From NCBI GenBank assembly GCA_032718475.1, contig JAUCBJ010003661.1, positions 1 through 47,726 of the forward strand: DNA of 47,726 nt, read 5' to 3'. A program made the position numbers and the translations under genes. The notes under the pieces are model-generated. The model saw only the letters and a list, made by a program, of their open reading frames with translations, was not told where the DNA came from and did not search any database. Numbering within the stretch: position 1 is the first letter of the stretch; the number at the start of each line of letters is the position of its first letter. Shown here piece by piece: positions 11,062-22,586 of the stretch. The DNA is from Nemertoderma westbladi. Its lineage: Eukaryota; Animalia; Xenacoelomorpha.

Positions 11062-11330
11062 GTACAATCTGAGCAGGCTTACACGCCTTCTGCTCAATAT
11101 TGGCCTACAAATAAATAAAACTGACAGAAATAAGTAAAATCCCAATAAAGAACCAGGGCGGGCCCTCCCTGATTCAATTATTAAGGCCTACCGGTATATA
11201 ATTATCAAATCGAATAATACTGCTGTACCTGTACTGCTGTAAGTACCGGTCCGGGTGGTTAGGTAGTCAGGCCTACTGGGTACCGGTTGACCGGTACTTC
11301 AGCTTTATTGCCTACTGCAATACAGAAGCA

Positions 11331-11341
11331 ATAACCGTTAT
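11331..11341 (-). other. Non-tRNA primer-binding site candidate ATAACGGTTAT, complementary to the element's own LTR
   Basis: Directly follows the LTR's terminal CA on the minus strand. Exact reverse complement at 12062-12072. No TGG nearby. Confidence 0.55.
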
Positions 11342-12510
11342 TGTTCGCGCTTTCAGACCTTTAGCAGTTTAACCTGCCAAATTTAGATGTCTTCTAGATT
11401 ATAAATCGACTTTAGCCTATGACGAGTATTTGATACACTACATTAGCCGAAGCCAGTCTATGCGCGACCATTCACCCGCTGGATATACCCGGGAGACTGG
11501 ATTCGGAAGCCTTGACCTTATTGCGGTGTAGGCCTACTGTATTATTCGACTGATTGTTAATATATAATCTCTGACCAATATTATTCACTTTCGGGAAATA
11601 TTAACAGTTCCTTTAGGACGTGGCGCTCTAAATATGTAAACAGAGTTATGACTTACACTAGACACAACGGGATGGCTATGGATTCACGTATAAAGCGCAT
11701 TCTTTAGGAGATGCTTCGTTATCAGTCACAATCATGCACACTACCGCACAATGCTGCACACCGATCTGCCGACCTTCACTAATTTTAGTCACATATAAAG
11801 AGAACAACCACTGACTCATGTAGTGCCTATGAAATAGCATTAGATTCACTCCAAAACCAATATAATGTAAGTCGCAATTGTTATATGTAACCAGTCTCTC
11901 TAACCTTCAGTATATCAAGAAGATTGGGGTTTCTGATTATTGATCGATATTATCCCAATATAATAATATTCCATCAACTGATATAATTAATAACCGACAG
12001 TAAATAGCAGTAAAAATGCGGTGTTTTGATTGTTTTGTTTGATTAGGTATGAATTGTTTGGATAACGGTTATACGTTCTATGATCAAGCCTACTAATGTT
12101 TTGCTAAAGCCTGAAAACACAGAGATTCCAAAGCCGGTCTTCTGGCTGTGGACAAAATACACAAACTGACTCAATTGCATGAGTTTCTGTATACAATCTC
12201 CAACACAGAGTCAAAAAACGCTCTGATTGGTCGACCGAACAAAGAAAGAACAGAGAACAAAGGAAAAGCTCCACGTGTACAGATCAGCTGTTAGCCGTCG
12301 TCATAGTAACTACACTGTGTCAAGAGGATTTTAGCGTATTGCGACATAAAATTGCTAGTTATGTCCGCTAAAGTACACATACAGAAGAAATGGCTTTTTA
12401 TGTCCACTAAAACACCGGTACAGTAAGGAAACGGCTTTTTATGTCCGTTAAACCAAATACAGAGTACTTTGCGGGGAAAATAACCAGCTAATTCCGCAAA
12501 AGCTTTTACA
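11342..12510 (-). repeat. LTR, 1169 bp (5' LTR of the minus-strand element)
   Basis: Minus strand reads TGTAAAAG...CGCGAACA; homologous to 2315-3562; lies upstream of gag. Confidence 0.8.
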
Positions 12511-15500
12511 CTGTAGCATGGTAGTGTTTACTTGATTAATTTACACTATTATAGTTATGTTATGTTATTATCATGATGTCATTATTTAATACTAAATATG
12601 ATACGCAAATGAAATTTAATTATTCTTATTATGCAATACGAAAGTAAATACTGTATTTTTTTTAAAAATAAATTAAAGTAACTCAGGATGACTATCAGCA
12701 ACCTTATAATTAGTACCAATCGATTCAGCGTTAGTGAAATATCTTAAAAAGTTGTTTTTACTTGCCATGAGATAAAATTGAAGCTTTTCTGCAGTTAAAA
12801 TGAATGGCCCCGCTAGAGGTCCCTGAAGATCTGCTATGCCAGTCCTTATTATTTAAGTTTAAGTATGAAGCGAGTTTGAAAGATGTCGTTCGCGGCGAAT
12901 ACATATTAAAATCGAGTTATATTGGTGTTGTAAGGGTCTCTAAGCCACGATTCTAGGTAAAACAAATTCCTTTTATCATATGGCCATTTCGTGTATCAAC
13001 ACACGTTTTCAGTGATATAAATATACTGTATAATAAAATGTTTACGTAATTTACATATTAAAATAAGTATGTACGCGGTTAAGTTTAATTGAATAATATA
13101 CTGTAAAAGATACTAATTATATGAGGCTATCGTACAGTATATGCCTGGTTACGAGGATGATGTTAAATAATTAAAATAAATAAAATTATGAGCAGTGGTA
13201 AAAAGAGAGATTAGGCTGACAGCATGGAGGATAAATTAAATTAAAATAGGTAAGTAAAATAAAGTTAAAAATATAATAATGTGATACTTTTCGGATGAAA
13301 AATCGATAAAATGCGAAGCGTGACTAAGGCTAGGTAGATACAATACAATTAATTAAGTTAAAATAAGTAAAAATAAATATAAAGATATACGGCGATTTAG
13401 GTATGGATGGCTAGGAAGATACAATTAAATAAAATGAAATAAAGTGAAATGAAATGGAATAAAATTAAATTATTTAAAACATGAGCAGATAATCGATAAA
13501 ATTCATAAAATGAGATAAAGTTGATAGATTACACCGCAACTCGCAATATTTGCAGAATGACTGATACACGGACCAAGATGTTTCAAAACTCTTCGCTCCA
13601 AGTGCTATTAGATATCTAATAAACAATGAGATACCGATTTTCATGCTATGATATTTAATTTATGTATAGTTTTATCTACAATTCTTAAATATTGGCACGT
13701 TATTTTTAATTTAATTTAATTTTATTTATCTAGTTTGTAGGCTTATCGTTGAATTGTTTACTTTTCTTTTTTTTCGTTAATTTTCTCATACGTATTTTCA
13801 ATTTTTATTTATTTATTATTTTTATTAGCCTGATGTTAATTTTTATTAAGTTGCTAGTCTCTCATCGTATCTTTTAATAATTTTGAGCTTTTTTTTTAAG
13901 TAGAAGTTAAGTAGAAGTAACCATTTTTGTGATACATATAATGGAATATATAGTACTATATGATGATATATTAATATATATCATTAATTGATATAATGAT
14001 ATATATATAGTTTCCTCCTGATATAGCTGCTATATGGCGACATCTAAGTGTCACCTTGTTTTAAATGTTTTCTCCCATAGTACGTGTGGAATTATTCCTA
14101 TAGTTTTCGGTCTGTTATAACTATTTACATACTTGTGTGTGAAGTAGCACTTTACAACAAATGTGTGTACCGTTGTACTGTACAGTATATGCCCAGAGCG
14201 AGATGTAGAGCTAATACACTTAAAATTTCACTACTTCTGGTGGTTAATTGTCCTTAGCGAATGTGGGGCGGAATTGCTTGTTAGTACAGTATATTCAACT
14301 CTTTTTTAAATCCAGCATGTTTATCAAATTGAGCATTTGTTTGACAAGTCCGGACGATGTTATTCAATTCCAAGACAGCTTTTAGGGTAGATTGATACTG
14401 ATTGCTGGAAATTGTGCTTGTTTAATAATATACTAGTTTAATAATAATATGCTTGTTTTGATAGGAATTGCTTCATAGGTCGGAAATAGGGGGGTGAAGG
14501 TGTAATATTTATATAAGATATAGCTATATAAATTGGATGTGACTAAAAAAATAATAATCTTAGTCGTTAATACAGATTCTTGGCACGAACAATTCCAAGA
14601 GATTAACTATATATACTTAATATCATAATATCGCGATCATGTATTGTGTATTTTGTTTAGAGTTTACATAAAGACTGCTATGCTTAACTAAATAGTAATT
14701 ATTCATGTATCAAAAAATAATAACCTCACTAAAATAATGAATGAATGAATGGTATGGACATATTATTAGGTCAAGTTGCCAGGAATTAGTGGCTACTATA
14801 ATAATTAAGAATCTCATTACATAAACATTATCTCAGGATAACCAATTGTTATAATTTTGGTTGGGTCGATAAACCATTGTAGCTCAATGATTTATTACTA
14901 CTCTATGGGGTTCTTTACTTGTACTATAAACTCTAATTGCTTGTTTATGTTTGAAACCCCCTGCCATCTGAAATTTCAGCTTGAGTGATTTTGAATGAAC
15001 TCGGTTCAATTGCAGTAGATGTATAGATAGATATATATATACGTTATGGTGAAATGTTATGTGCTGGACACCCTTGATGTATTGTAGTATACCAAGGCCA
15101 AGCCTGGGGGCTTCCTACAGGGCTATCGCTAGGTAGGCATTGAATGCTGTGACACTGACGTGACCTCATTCATTGTGTGTTGCAGTTTAATCTCAACCTC
15201 TGAATAACATAATATACGTTTTGCTTTCATATCAATAATGTAATACAAATTCATATTCCTGTGCTATGTGGCATATATTCAATTTTATCAAGATACAATG
15301 AAACTAATATCTTAACTCTTTCTTATCTTAACCTGTTTCAGAATATATTTATCATGAGAAAAGTTGAAAATTATTTTTCGATGATTTACCATCCTACATG
15401 GTATTTTTGTAATTTAAACACGTGCATCGGTTCATGGGGGCCTTATAGCACAGCACAAAGTATAGATGATTTCTTGCGTATCAGTACAATAGTGGACCAG

Positions 15501-16229
15501 ATCACCCCTTTCAATTTTCAGATTAATCTGATTGTTTATTCTATAATTATGGCTACTTCTATGTATCTTACTATTCGCCCCCTATCAGCAGACTGAGGCA
15601 CTATAGAAATCTGCCTCTGTGGATAATTTCTATCAATTGACAGACTACAGGTGTAGAAAGTTTTAATACGTAAACATAAGTTGTTCATATTTACGCTAAT
15701 TCATTTTTACTTTTCTCAGTATTATAGTGGGATGGCTTCAGTTCAGACGCTCTGGTGGGATCTCAAGTCCTCTAAGAATGACAAAATTCACAATTAAAAA
15801 ATAAATACAATATTTAGATTTATTAGAGAAAGGAACTGGTTACATTGACAGGCCATTCTAACCAAACAATTGAACGTAATCAAAACTACATATACTTTTG
15901 TTTTTCAGAGTAAACCGTAGATGTTTTGGAGGGTTTAATTATGTCAGAGTAACCACCCAGCCACCCGCCCCCCCTCCCCCACCCCCCCCCCCCCCCCCCC
16001 CATCCCTGACTCCTATTTGCGTTTCATGGATTGTTTGCGAGCCAATTTCTTATTATTCCTGAGAGACAACGACAGTTTTATGGGAGAGTTGATTTGTAAA
16101 AACCCGCCGTTTAAAGTGAAATCTAAGTGGAAAGGAAATTCGACTAAAAACTTTAAAAGAATCTTTAGAAAAGCGTTCCCACTCAACTAACTTACTTCCT
16201 AATTACTTGTAAACCCAATGATAATCTAA

Positions 16230-16443
16230 ATAGTCACGTTTTTAATCCTGTTCGATTTGGAAATGTAATAATGTTAGTTGTATCTTGTAGGTCTTCTTTA
16301 ATGCTACCGTATTATTAATCTATTACCTATAATAGGTGTTGCTTTCATTCACAACGACTTACATTTATTCATTAAATTTAGTTAATTGCGCTGTGAAAAT
16401 TAACATACGGCACGACCCAAACACTAATGAAAATTCCACTTAG
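16230..16443 (+). repeat. Dispersed ~200-bp repeat, copy 1 (possible non-autonomous Helitron 3' end)
   Basis: Homologous to 37060-37252 (+) and 43423-43638 (-). All end in ...ACACTAATGAAAATTCCACTTA(G). Confidence 0.75.
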
Positions 16444-16653
16444 CATTCTTGTCAGGTTTCCGAAATCGTATCGAACACTTTGATAGACACTGTAACATGT
16501 TTAAAATGCATTTATACCTAACGCTAATTCATAACCTGATAAATGCGCGTAATTTTGGACTTTATTGACATTGGTTCTAGTTGCAGCACCATTGATATTT
16601 ACTGTAGCGAAACAAAATTCACGACATAATTATTTTGAAGATATAAACTACAT

Positions 16654-16875
16654 TCAGTTGGTTGAGCGCTGGGCCTGCAATCTATTGGTTGTAGGTTCAG
16701 CCCCGACAGGGTCCACTCAGCCTTTCATCCACTGGGGTTGATAAAATGAGTACCAGTTAAATTACTGGGAGCAAATCTGGGATAGGAGTAGCGCCCACCC
16801 CTACCCTCGGGTAGCAGCTATCGAAAGAGGAGCCTTCGGGTCGCCTCCGGCTTCGGCCGACTGTTTGCTTGCTTG
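16654..16875 (+). mobile_element. tRNA-derived SINE with Deu/Nin-like central domain and TTGC-repeat tail
   Basis: A box TCAGTTGGTTGAG, anticodon-arm-like GGCCTGCAATC, B box GGTTCAGCCC; core ACTCAGCCTTTCATCC...GATAAAATGAGTACCA; hairpin-rich 3' part; TTGCTTGCTTG tail. Confidence 0.75.
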
Positions 16876-17647
16876 AAATCACATGCAGTGAGAAGCATAT
16901 GTTCCCATAGACAGTCTTTCAATGTATTTATAAGTTTAAGGCGGGCTCAAGGGGCCTCACACTGGGCGATGGCTCAACAAATAGAGTAGCCGCGCACCCA
17001 TGACCCCATTCCGAAACGACAGGGTGTCAAGTAGTCTTTTTGTTGGGGCCCGTACATTGCATCAAGTCATTTACAGACAATGGCACAGGAATAAATGTTT
17101 TAATACGACTAGCGGGGTGTCACCGTAGGCCTATGGCTATGCAGCGTTCATAGCTAAGCTTTCTGGGAGCAGAAGTAGCTACTCGAAAACGTTGACGTCA
17201 ATATCGAACGAGTCGGTAATTAACCTACCTGATAGAATTGAATGGGTGTGCTGGAAATTGTGTGGTCAATGTTGGTAAATGCATTGCGTGTTAACCTATT
17301 ATTTAGGAGGTATTTTTCTTGTATAAATTTATGCGCATATAGAATGAATGGTATACTTGATTTGGAAAAAATGTGTAAATTACCGCATAAATTACAGACT
17401 TTTATTGGTATACAGTTTAGGCCTACTGTACAGTATGCCAAATTATGGTCAAAGCATTATTATGGTTAACAATTACTGTATTTGTCTTTGTCAGAGGAGG
17501 TAAATTGGGCTACAATATTAGGATGCAGTGAAAACATGCATCATCTAAATAAATAGTAGTTAATTATCGTTAATTCTTGCTTATTCTGAATTGTTTTGAT
17601 ACAAAGGGGAATTGTTATTACAAAAATTTCACCTAAATACCTGTAAT

Positions 17648-17692
17648 CCTATGGTTTACCACCTATGGTTTACCACCCATGGTTTACCTATG
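17648..17692. repeat. 14-bp tandem repeat, about 3 copies (CCTATGGTTTACCA)
   Basis: Directly visible. Confidence 0.85.
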
Positions 17693-18924
17693 TTGTCATG
17701 TTTTACCTGTCATCCTAAATTGATAATTTTTTAACATTGAGGTGGGATAATAATGGGATTTACATATAGCCCCCCCCCCCCCCCTTCCCCCTGTATCTAA
17801 GCACCCCAACATCATCTCAGAGTTTAGTTTATTAATGCATGATGAGCGATATTATTGAGTCAGAATCAAAAATCTGATAAAAACAACCCTCTATCCTAAC
17901 GCGTGCGGTTTTATAAAACGCACTTTATAATTATTATTATTATCACAAATATATTGCAATAATTCGTCGAGCTCAAGCGAATATGGCCGTATTGTGGTGC
18001 GGTTAGGCAGAATTTATTTACTCAAAAAGTTAATTCTATGAAAAAGAGGCAATTCATCCTAGACCACGCCAGTTAAAAGTATTGAAAACTCTATATTATT
18101 TTGGTATGTTATACCATCTACCCAATTCAATAATCAGATAGTGTGACCCACACTAAAGCGCAAAATTCCTCTACAAATTTTCGAAATTTGCCGAATTTGC
18201 TTTCAGGATCGAGAGATGATGGAACCGTGTAGTCAGTCGTGTCATTAGCAGTGTAGTCGTCATGGTGACACAATTAGACACGCGTCAGCATCATTGGTGG
18301 TACACAGACAGACAGAGATAGAGAGACCAGAGACAGGATTCCGTATCACACAGATTTAAACTAACATGCTTTGAGACTCCCCTTGGCTGTTCCTACAGTT
18401 AGTTTATTTGTTTTGAACACCGAGACTAGCTGCGTATTAAGTTTATATAAAATAATGCTGTTTTTATATTCACTACCAGCACCAGGGCTGAATTCCGTGG
18501 ACGAGTGATTGAAAGGTTGGTAGACAATGTAGAGATTCAGAATAAATATTTCTGTTTTTGTAAAATAAAATAAAAAACAAACATTGTTGTGTAATTGCAG
18601 ACCACCTTTATAATAGACCACCCTGAGGTGATTTACATAGGTAATTTTGTCGAGCCGCCAATAGATACAAGTATTGTGTACAGCAGCAGGGAATGGGACC
18701 CAGGTTGTAATGAATGACAGATCCAGGTTTTGTACTACTGGCAGTCAAAGATAGAAAATTATCGAAAAATTTCAGCTTTCAACTATAACAATTAATATTC
18801 ATAAACACACGGCACACATACACGTTCGTGGACCTTCTCTCAAGATTTCCGACTCTGTTTACACTATATGTTTACATGCAACAAGTTTGTATTACATTAC
18901 TAACATTTTTTGTCGAAACACATA

Positions 18925-19022
18925 TGTACAGACAGATAAACACACAGACCGACTGACCGGCAGACAATGGTTGAAATAGCGGTAACCCGCATGTTAATTT
19001 CCCTTAATTCGTCGCTCGCCCC
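18925..19022 (-). repeat. Fragment of a DINE-1/HINE-like repeat
   Basis: Reverse complement of 36540-36650 (GGGCGAG..ACGAA.TAAG...CTATT...CAACC.TTGTCTG.CGGTC) with a (CAGA)n tract. Confidence 0.55.
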
Positions 19023-19667
19023 AAACTAGACCTGAGCCTTCATGCACGCATGAGGTGTGAGAATATTATACGTAATACAGTATTCGAAGTAGTGTAACTC
19101 AAACTATATAATAAACTTAAACTTGCATTTTAAAATATATCAACCAAATGTTAGTAGGCATGGATGTTACCAAATAACCAGATGGCTAATGGGGTAGGTA
19201 GGCCTACACAAGTAGGACAAATTTTACTTTAACAACACGGCATGAGAACCGGAATAATAAATTAAACATTTGCTTGAGTTGTTGAAGGATTTAATAAAAG
19301 AATGAACAGTTTTTTTTCGTCTTTTAAATTTAATAATCAATGTGGTTGCTGCCATCAAATAATTGAACACTCAAAGTTAATATCACAAATATTGTTTTCA
19401 CATCAACTAAACTCTACGAAATGACTAACTTAATGAATTGTCCCTTCCTGTCCGGTTTACTATCTGTGTGACTTTGAATCGGTACACACTTTAGCGCCCA
19501 CATGCCAAAGATATGTTCGGGCCTCATCATGACAATTAAGGTCGTTTAATATTCCCTAACAAATAATAAACGATGATACAAAGAATTGTACCCTATATGC
19601 GGCTGCCATGGTCACTTATAGGCCCGGAGGCCCCTCCCTCAGGTCTCACTCATTCATCCAGAACCCT

Positions 19668-19775
19668 TTTGGAGCCCCCTCCTATGGCCTTGCCATGTGC
19701 CTCGTATTGTATCAAGTTTGTATCAATATTTCCTGTTCAACCAAGCTTGAAATCGTTTAGAAGAAGATTAGCGAT
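19668..19775 (+). repeat. Dispersed repeat fragment, second copy at about 42490-42584
   Basis: Both share GGAGCCCCC...TCAATATTT...GTTCAA.CAAGCTTGAAATC...GATTAG.GAT. Confidence 0.6.
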
Positions 19776-20270
19776 TTACCCCAAGACTATAATGAGACTT
19801 ATGGGTTCGTTAGTTCTACAGGTGATCCCAATGATACTGAACGTACCAGCTCTGTATGTCAAAGGAACTTTTGGCTTATCGAGATTTTAGATTTTGCCTC
19901 AAGGCAAAAGTATAGCCAAATTTTAAGTATATCTTAAACTTATTTTACTATATTTGAGTGCGAACTGTATCCCTGAAGCCTGAATCCTATTCACTATTCG
20001 CTTTTATATTTTTAAGAAAATTTCTACGATCTACGAAAATAAATCCTCTGCAATTCTAAATTTTCAGAACGCGCGCCTAGATTTATTATAACTTTTTGTC
20101 TTCATTAAGTGGTATAATATTCACAGTATTGCACAGAGCGCAAGTGAAAATCCAGCGGCCAGATCAAATTAGTTGAATATGAAATAAAGTTTGGTTTATT
20201 GTTTTGATTAGAGAACATGGGCACCGTAACCTGCTCCTTTCCGTTAATGTTTTAAGTTAAATAAAATTAT

Positions 20271-20821
20271 TGTGACGGGATCCGAGAGGATCCCGGTTTA
20301 TCCGGTGTTGTTTGTGTACGCGTCAGCCGCACCGTGTGATGGAAAAGGTGATAGTTCGTTGTTCCGACGTTCTTAATAATATAGGCTAGATAAATATGTG
20401 ATAGCATATAGATTGTGTAAACTGAACTGAGATAACCGGTAATATAGGTGACGGCGATGACGGTCTTAACTGTCACCGTACTGCCTGACTGTACTGGGAT
20501 AACTGGACAAATGACATAAAGACTGGTAATATATATTGCACGGTTGGCCGCATAACACTACTCAGCCGATGCCTTCCCCCCATTGGCTAATAACCCTGTT
20601 GTCGCCCTTCTACTTCCCCTGGGTGTGCTTCCCCCCCGCTGCTATCTCTCTCTCTCTCCCAGAGGTATAACCTCTGACCCCCGGTGTGTGTGTTCCCTTG
20701 GGGCCTATTGTCCCCGCTTATTGGGGTGATACAAGGTTGATTGGTAATCAACATTGTAGTTCCAATATTGCTTAAACCTCACTTTATGGGGCTTGATGTG
20801 GCGGAATTGAATACGCTCACA
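20271..20821 (-). repeat. 3' LTR (551 bp)
   Basis: Direct repeat of 26584-27134 with about 6 substitutions; preceded on the minus strand by the PPT. Confidence 0.97.
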
Positions 20822-20832
20822 CTCCCCCCCCC
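20822..20832 (-). other. Polypurine tract GGGGGGGGGAG
   Basis: Abuts the TGT of the 3' LTR on the minus strand. Confidence 0.9.
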
Positions 20833-20979
20833 ATGCTATCTTCCCAGTGAGAAGATAGCATCAACCTCAAAGTGCGCTTCAATTCCGCTGGAACTCGATC
20901 TATTATCGGGTGTGGGGTGGAGTTATTTTCTTGGAGTCGGCTTTCCAGGCCGCTCCCTATGGGTATGATGTCACTACCC

Positions 20980-21165
20980 TCTGGCGTCTCGTGTCGGGCC
21001 GATCGTGCGCTTCTCTCACACAATTTTTGTTTCCCCAACACTCTCGCCACTCTAACTAACTCCGCTCTAACTCCCCTCTTACTCTCTCCCCACTCTTACA
21101 CTCTCCCCACACCTAAATCGCACTCTAACTTCTCTCCATACTCCTCTCTACTCTCTACCACTCCC
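20980..21165 (-). pseudogene. Relic of the BEL/Pao pol C-terminus (DUF5641-like)
   Basis: Minus-strand translation ...LGVGRV*EWGESKRGVRAELVRVARVLGKQKLCERSAR resembles the LGRV...DG.VR.A.V...RP pattern at its expected place before the PPT; in-frame stop. Confidence 0.45.
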
Positions 21166-21169
21166 TAAG

Positions 21170-22530
21170 GCCCTAATCTCTAATGCTACCCCTGTGCTAT
21201 CATACTATCTACCTACTACTTACTTGCTAACTATCTAACTCTCTACTAACTCTCCGACTCTAACTAGCTCGACTAAGTCTAACTAACTCCTACTAACTCT
21301 CTACTAACTCTCTCTAACTCTTACCAACTCTTCTAACTACGTGGCGCTTAGGGTGCCCACGACCCCTCTACTACTAACTCTAACTAAAACCCTCTAAGTC
21401 TACCAACTCTCTAGCCCTTTAACTAGAACTCTCTAACTCTACCCACTCTTCTAACTACGTGGCGCTTGCGGTGCCCACAACCACTCTGCTATCTGGCACC
21501 CTATGTGCCCGTCTCTACTACTCTACTACCTGGCACCCTATGTGCCCTCTCTACTACTCTACTACCTGGCACCCTATGTGCCCTCTCTACTACTCTACTA
21601 CCTCTCTAACTCTACTACCTGGCACCCTATGTGCCCGTCTCTACTATTCTACTAGATGGCACCCTATGTGCCCTCTCTACTACTCTACTACCTCTCTAAC
21701 TCTACTACCTGGCACCCTATGTGCCCGTCTCTACTATTCTACTACCTCTCTAACTCTACTACCTGGCACCCTATGTGCCCGTCTCTACTATTCTACTACC
21801 TGGCACCCTATGTGCCCTCTCTACTACTCCTCGCCTGCACGTGACGCTCTGAGTGCCGGCAGAGTGGGTACGTTAATTATGTGAACTACTACTAACTCTT
21901 ACTAACTCTACTAACTCTCTACTAACTCAACTAACTCTACTACTAACTCAACTAACTCTACTACTAACTCTTACTAACTCTACTACTAACTTCTTGTGCC
22001 CGGCACCCACCCTAATTAACATACCCTGCTCTTACATCAAACACGTCATCACGCCCATGCCCCACTTAGTTCAACGCATCCCCTACTAACTCTAACTACG
22101 TGGCGCTTGCGGTGCCCACAACCACTCTGCTTACTACTTCCTACGTGGCGCTTACGGTGCCCACAACCTCTACTGCTACTACTTTCTACGTGGCGCTTAC
22201 GGTGCCCACAACCCTCTACTGCTCTACTAACTTTCTAACTAATGGTACTACTCTCTTACTACCTAACTTCTACCTACTAACGGTACTACGTACCCTCTCA
22301 CTAACTTCTCTAACTCTCTCTACTAACGGTACTATGTACCCTCTTACCAACTTCTCTAAATCTCTCTACTAACTAACGGTACTACGTACCCTCTTACTAA
22401 CTAACTAACCTCTCTAACTAACTAGCGGTACTACGTACCGTCTTACTAACTAACTAACCTCTCTAACTAACGGTATTACGTACCCTCTAACTCTTCTAAC
22501 TTAACTAGCTATCTACTTACTTTCTGACTT
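21170..22530. repeat. CTAACT/CTACT low-complexity tract with nested minisatellites
   Basis: About 8 copies of TGGCACCCTATGTGCCC at 21490-21830; 5 copies of CTACGTGGCGCTT..GGTGCCCAC (21337, 21455, 22096, 22141, 22186); several GGTACTACGTACC mini-hairpins at 22280-22485. Confidence 0.9.
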
Positions 22531-22586
22531 TCTACTTATTTATTATTTAATTATTTTTATTATTTATTTTATTTTTAATTAAATAA

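Larger units (their letters stand above)
3563..12510 (-). mobile_element. Non-autonomous BEL/Pao LTR retrotransposon (5' LTR, 2.2-kb leader, gag-protease), 3' end interrupted at 3563
   Basis: LTR at 11342-12510 upstream of BEL/Pao-type gag-pro ORFs. No same-orientation 3' LTR inside the window. Confidence 0.8.

Noticed and set aside
2315-12510. Single TIR-bounded or DIRS-like element
   Set aside because: Each repeat has its own TGT...ACA ends, one has a PPT on its outer side, they are about 20-25% diverged, and no tyrosine recombinase or transposase is present.
12520-16200. Possible exons or the 111-aa ORF at 15261-15596
   Set aside because: AT-rich low-complexity DNA, GTG start, no recognisable motifs or consistent splice structure.
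16654-16712. Functional tRNA-Cys gene
   Set aside because: Acceptor stem is missing and the sequence runs into a SINE core.
21459-22372. Repetitive ORFs (YYSTTWHPMCPL etc.)
   Set aside because: Translation of the minisatellite on the antisense strand of the element; no domain signal.
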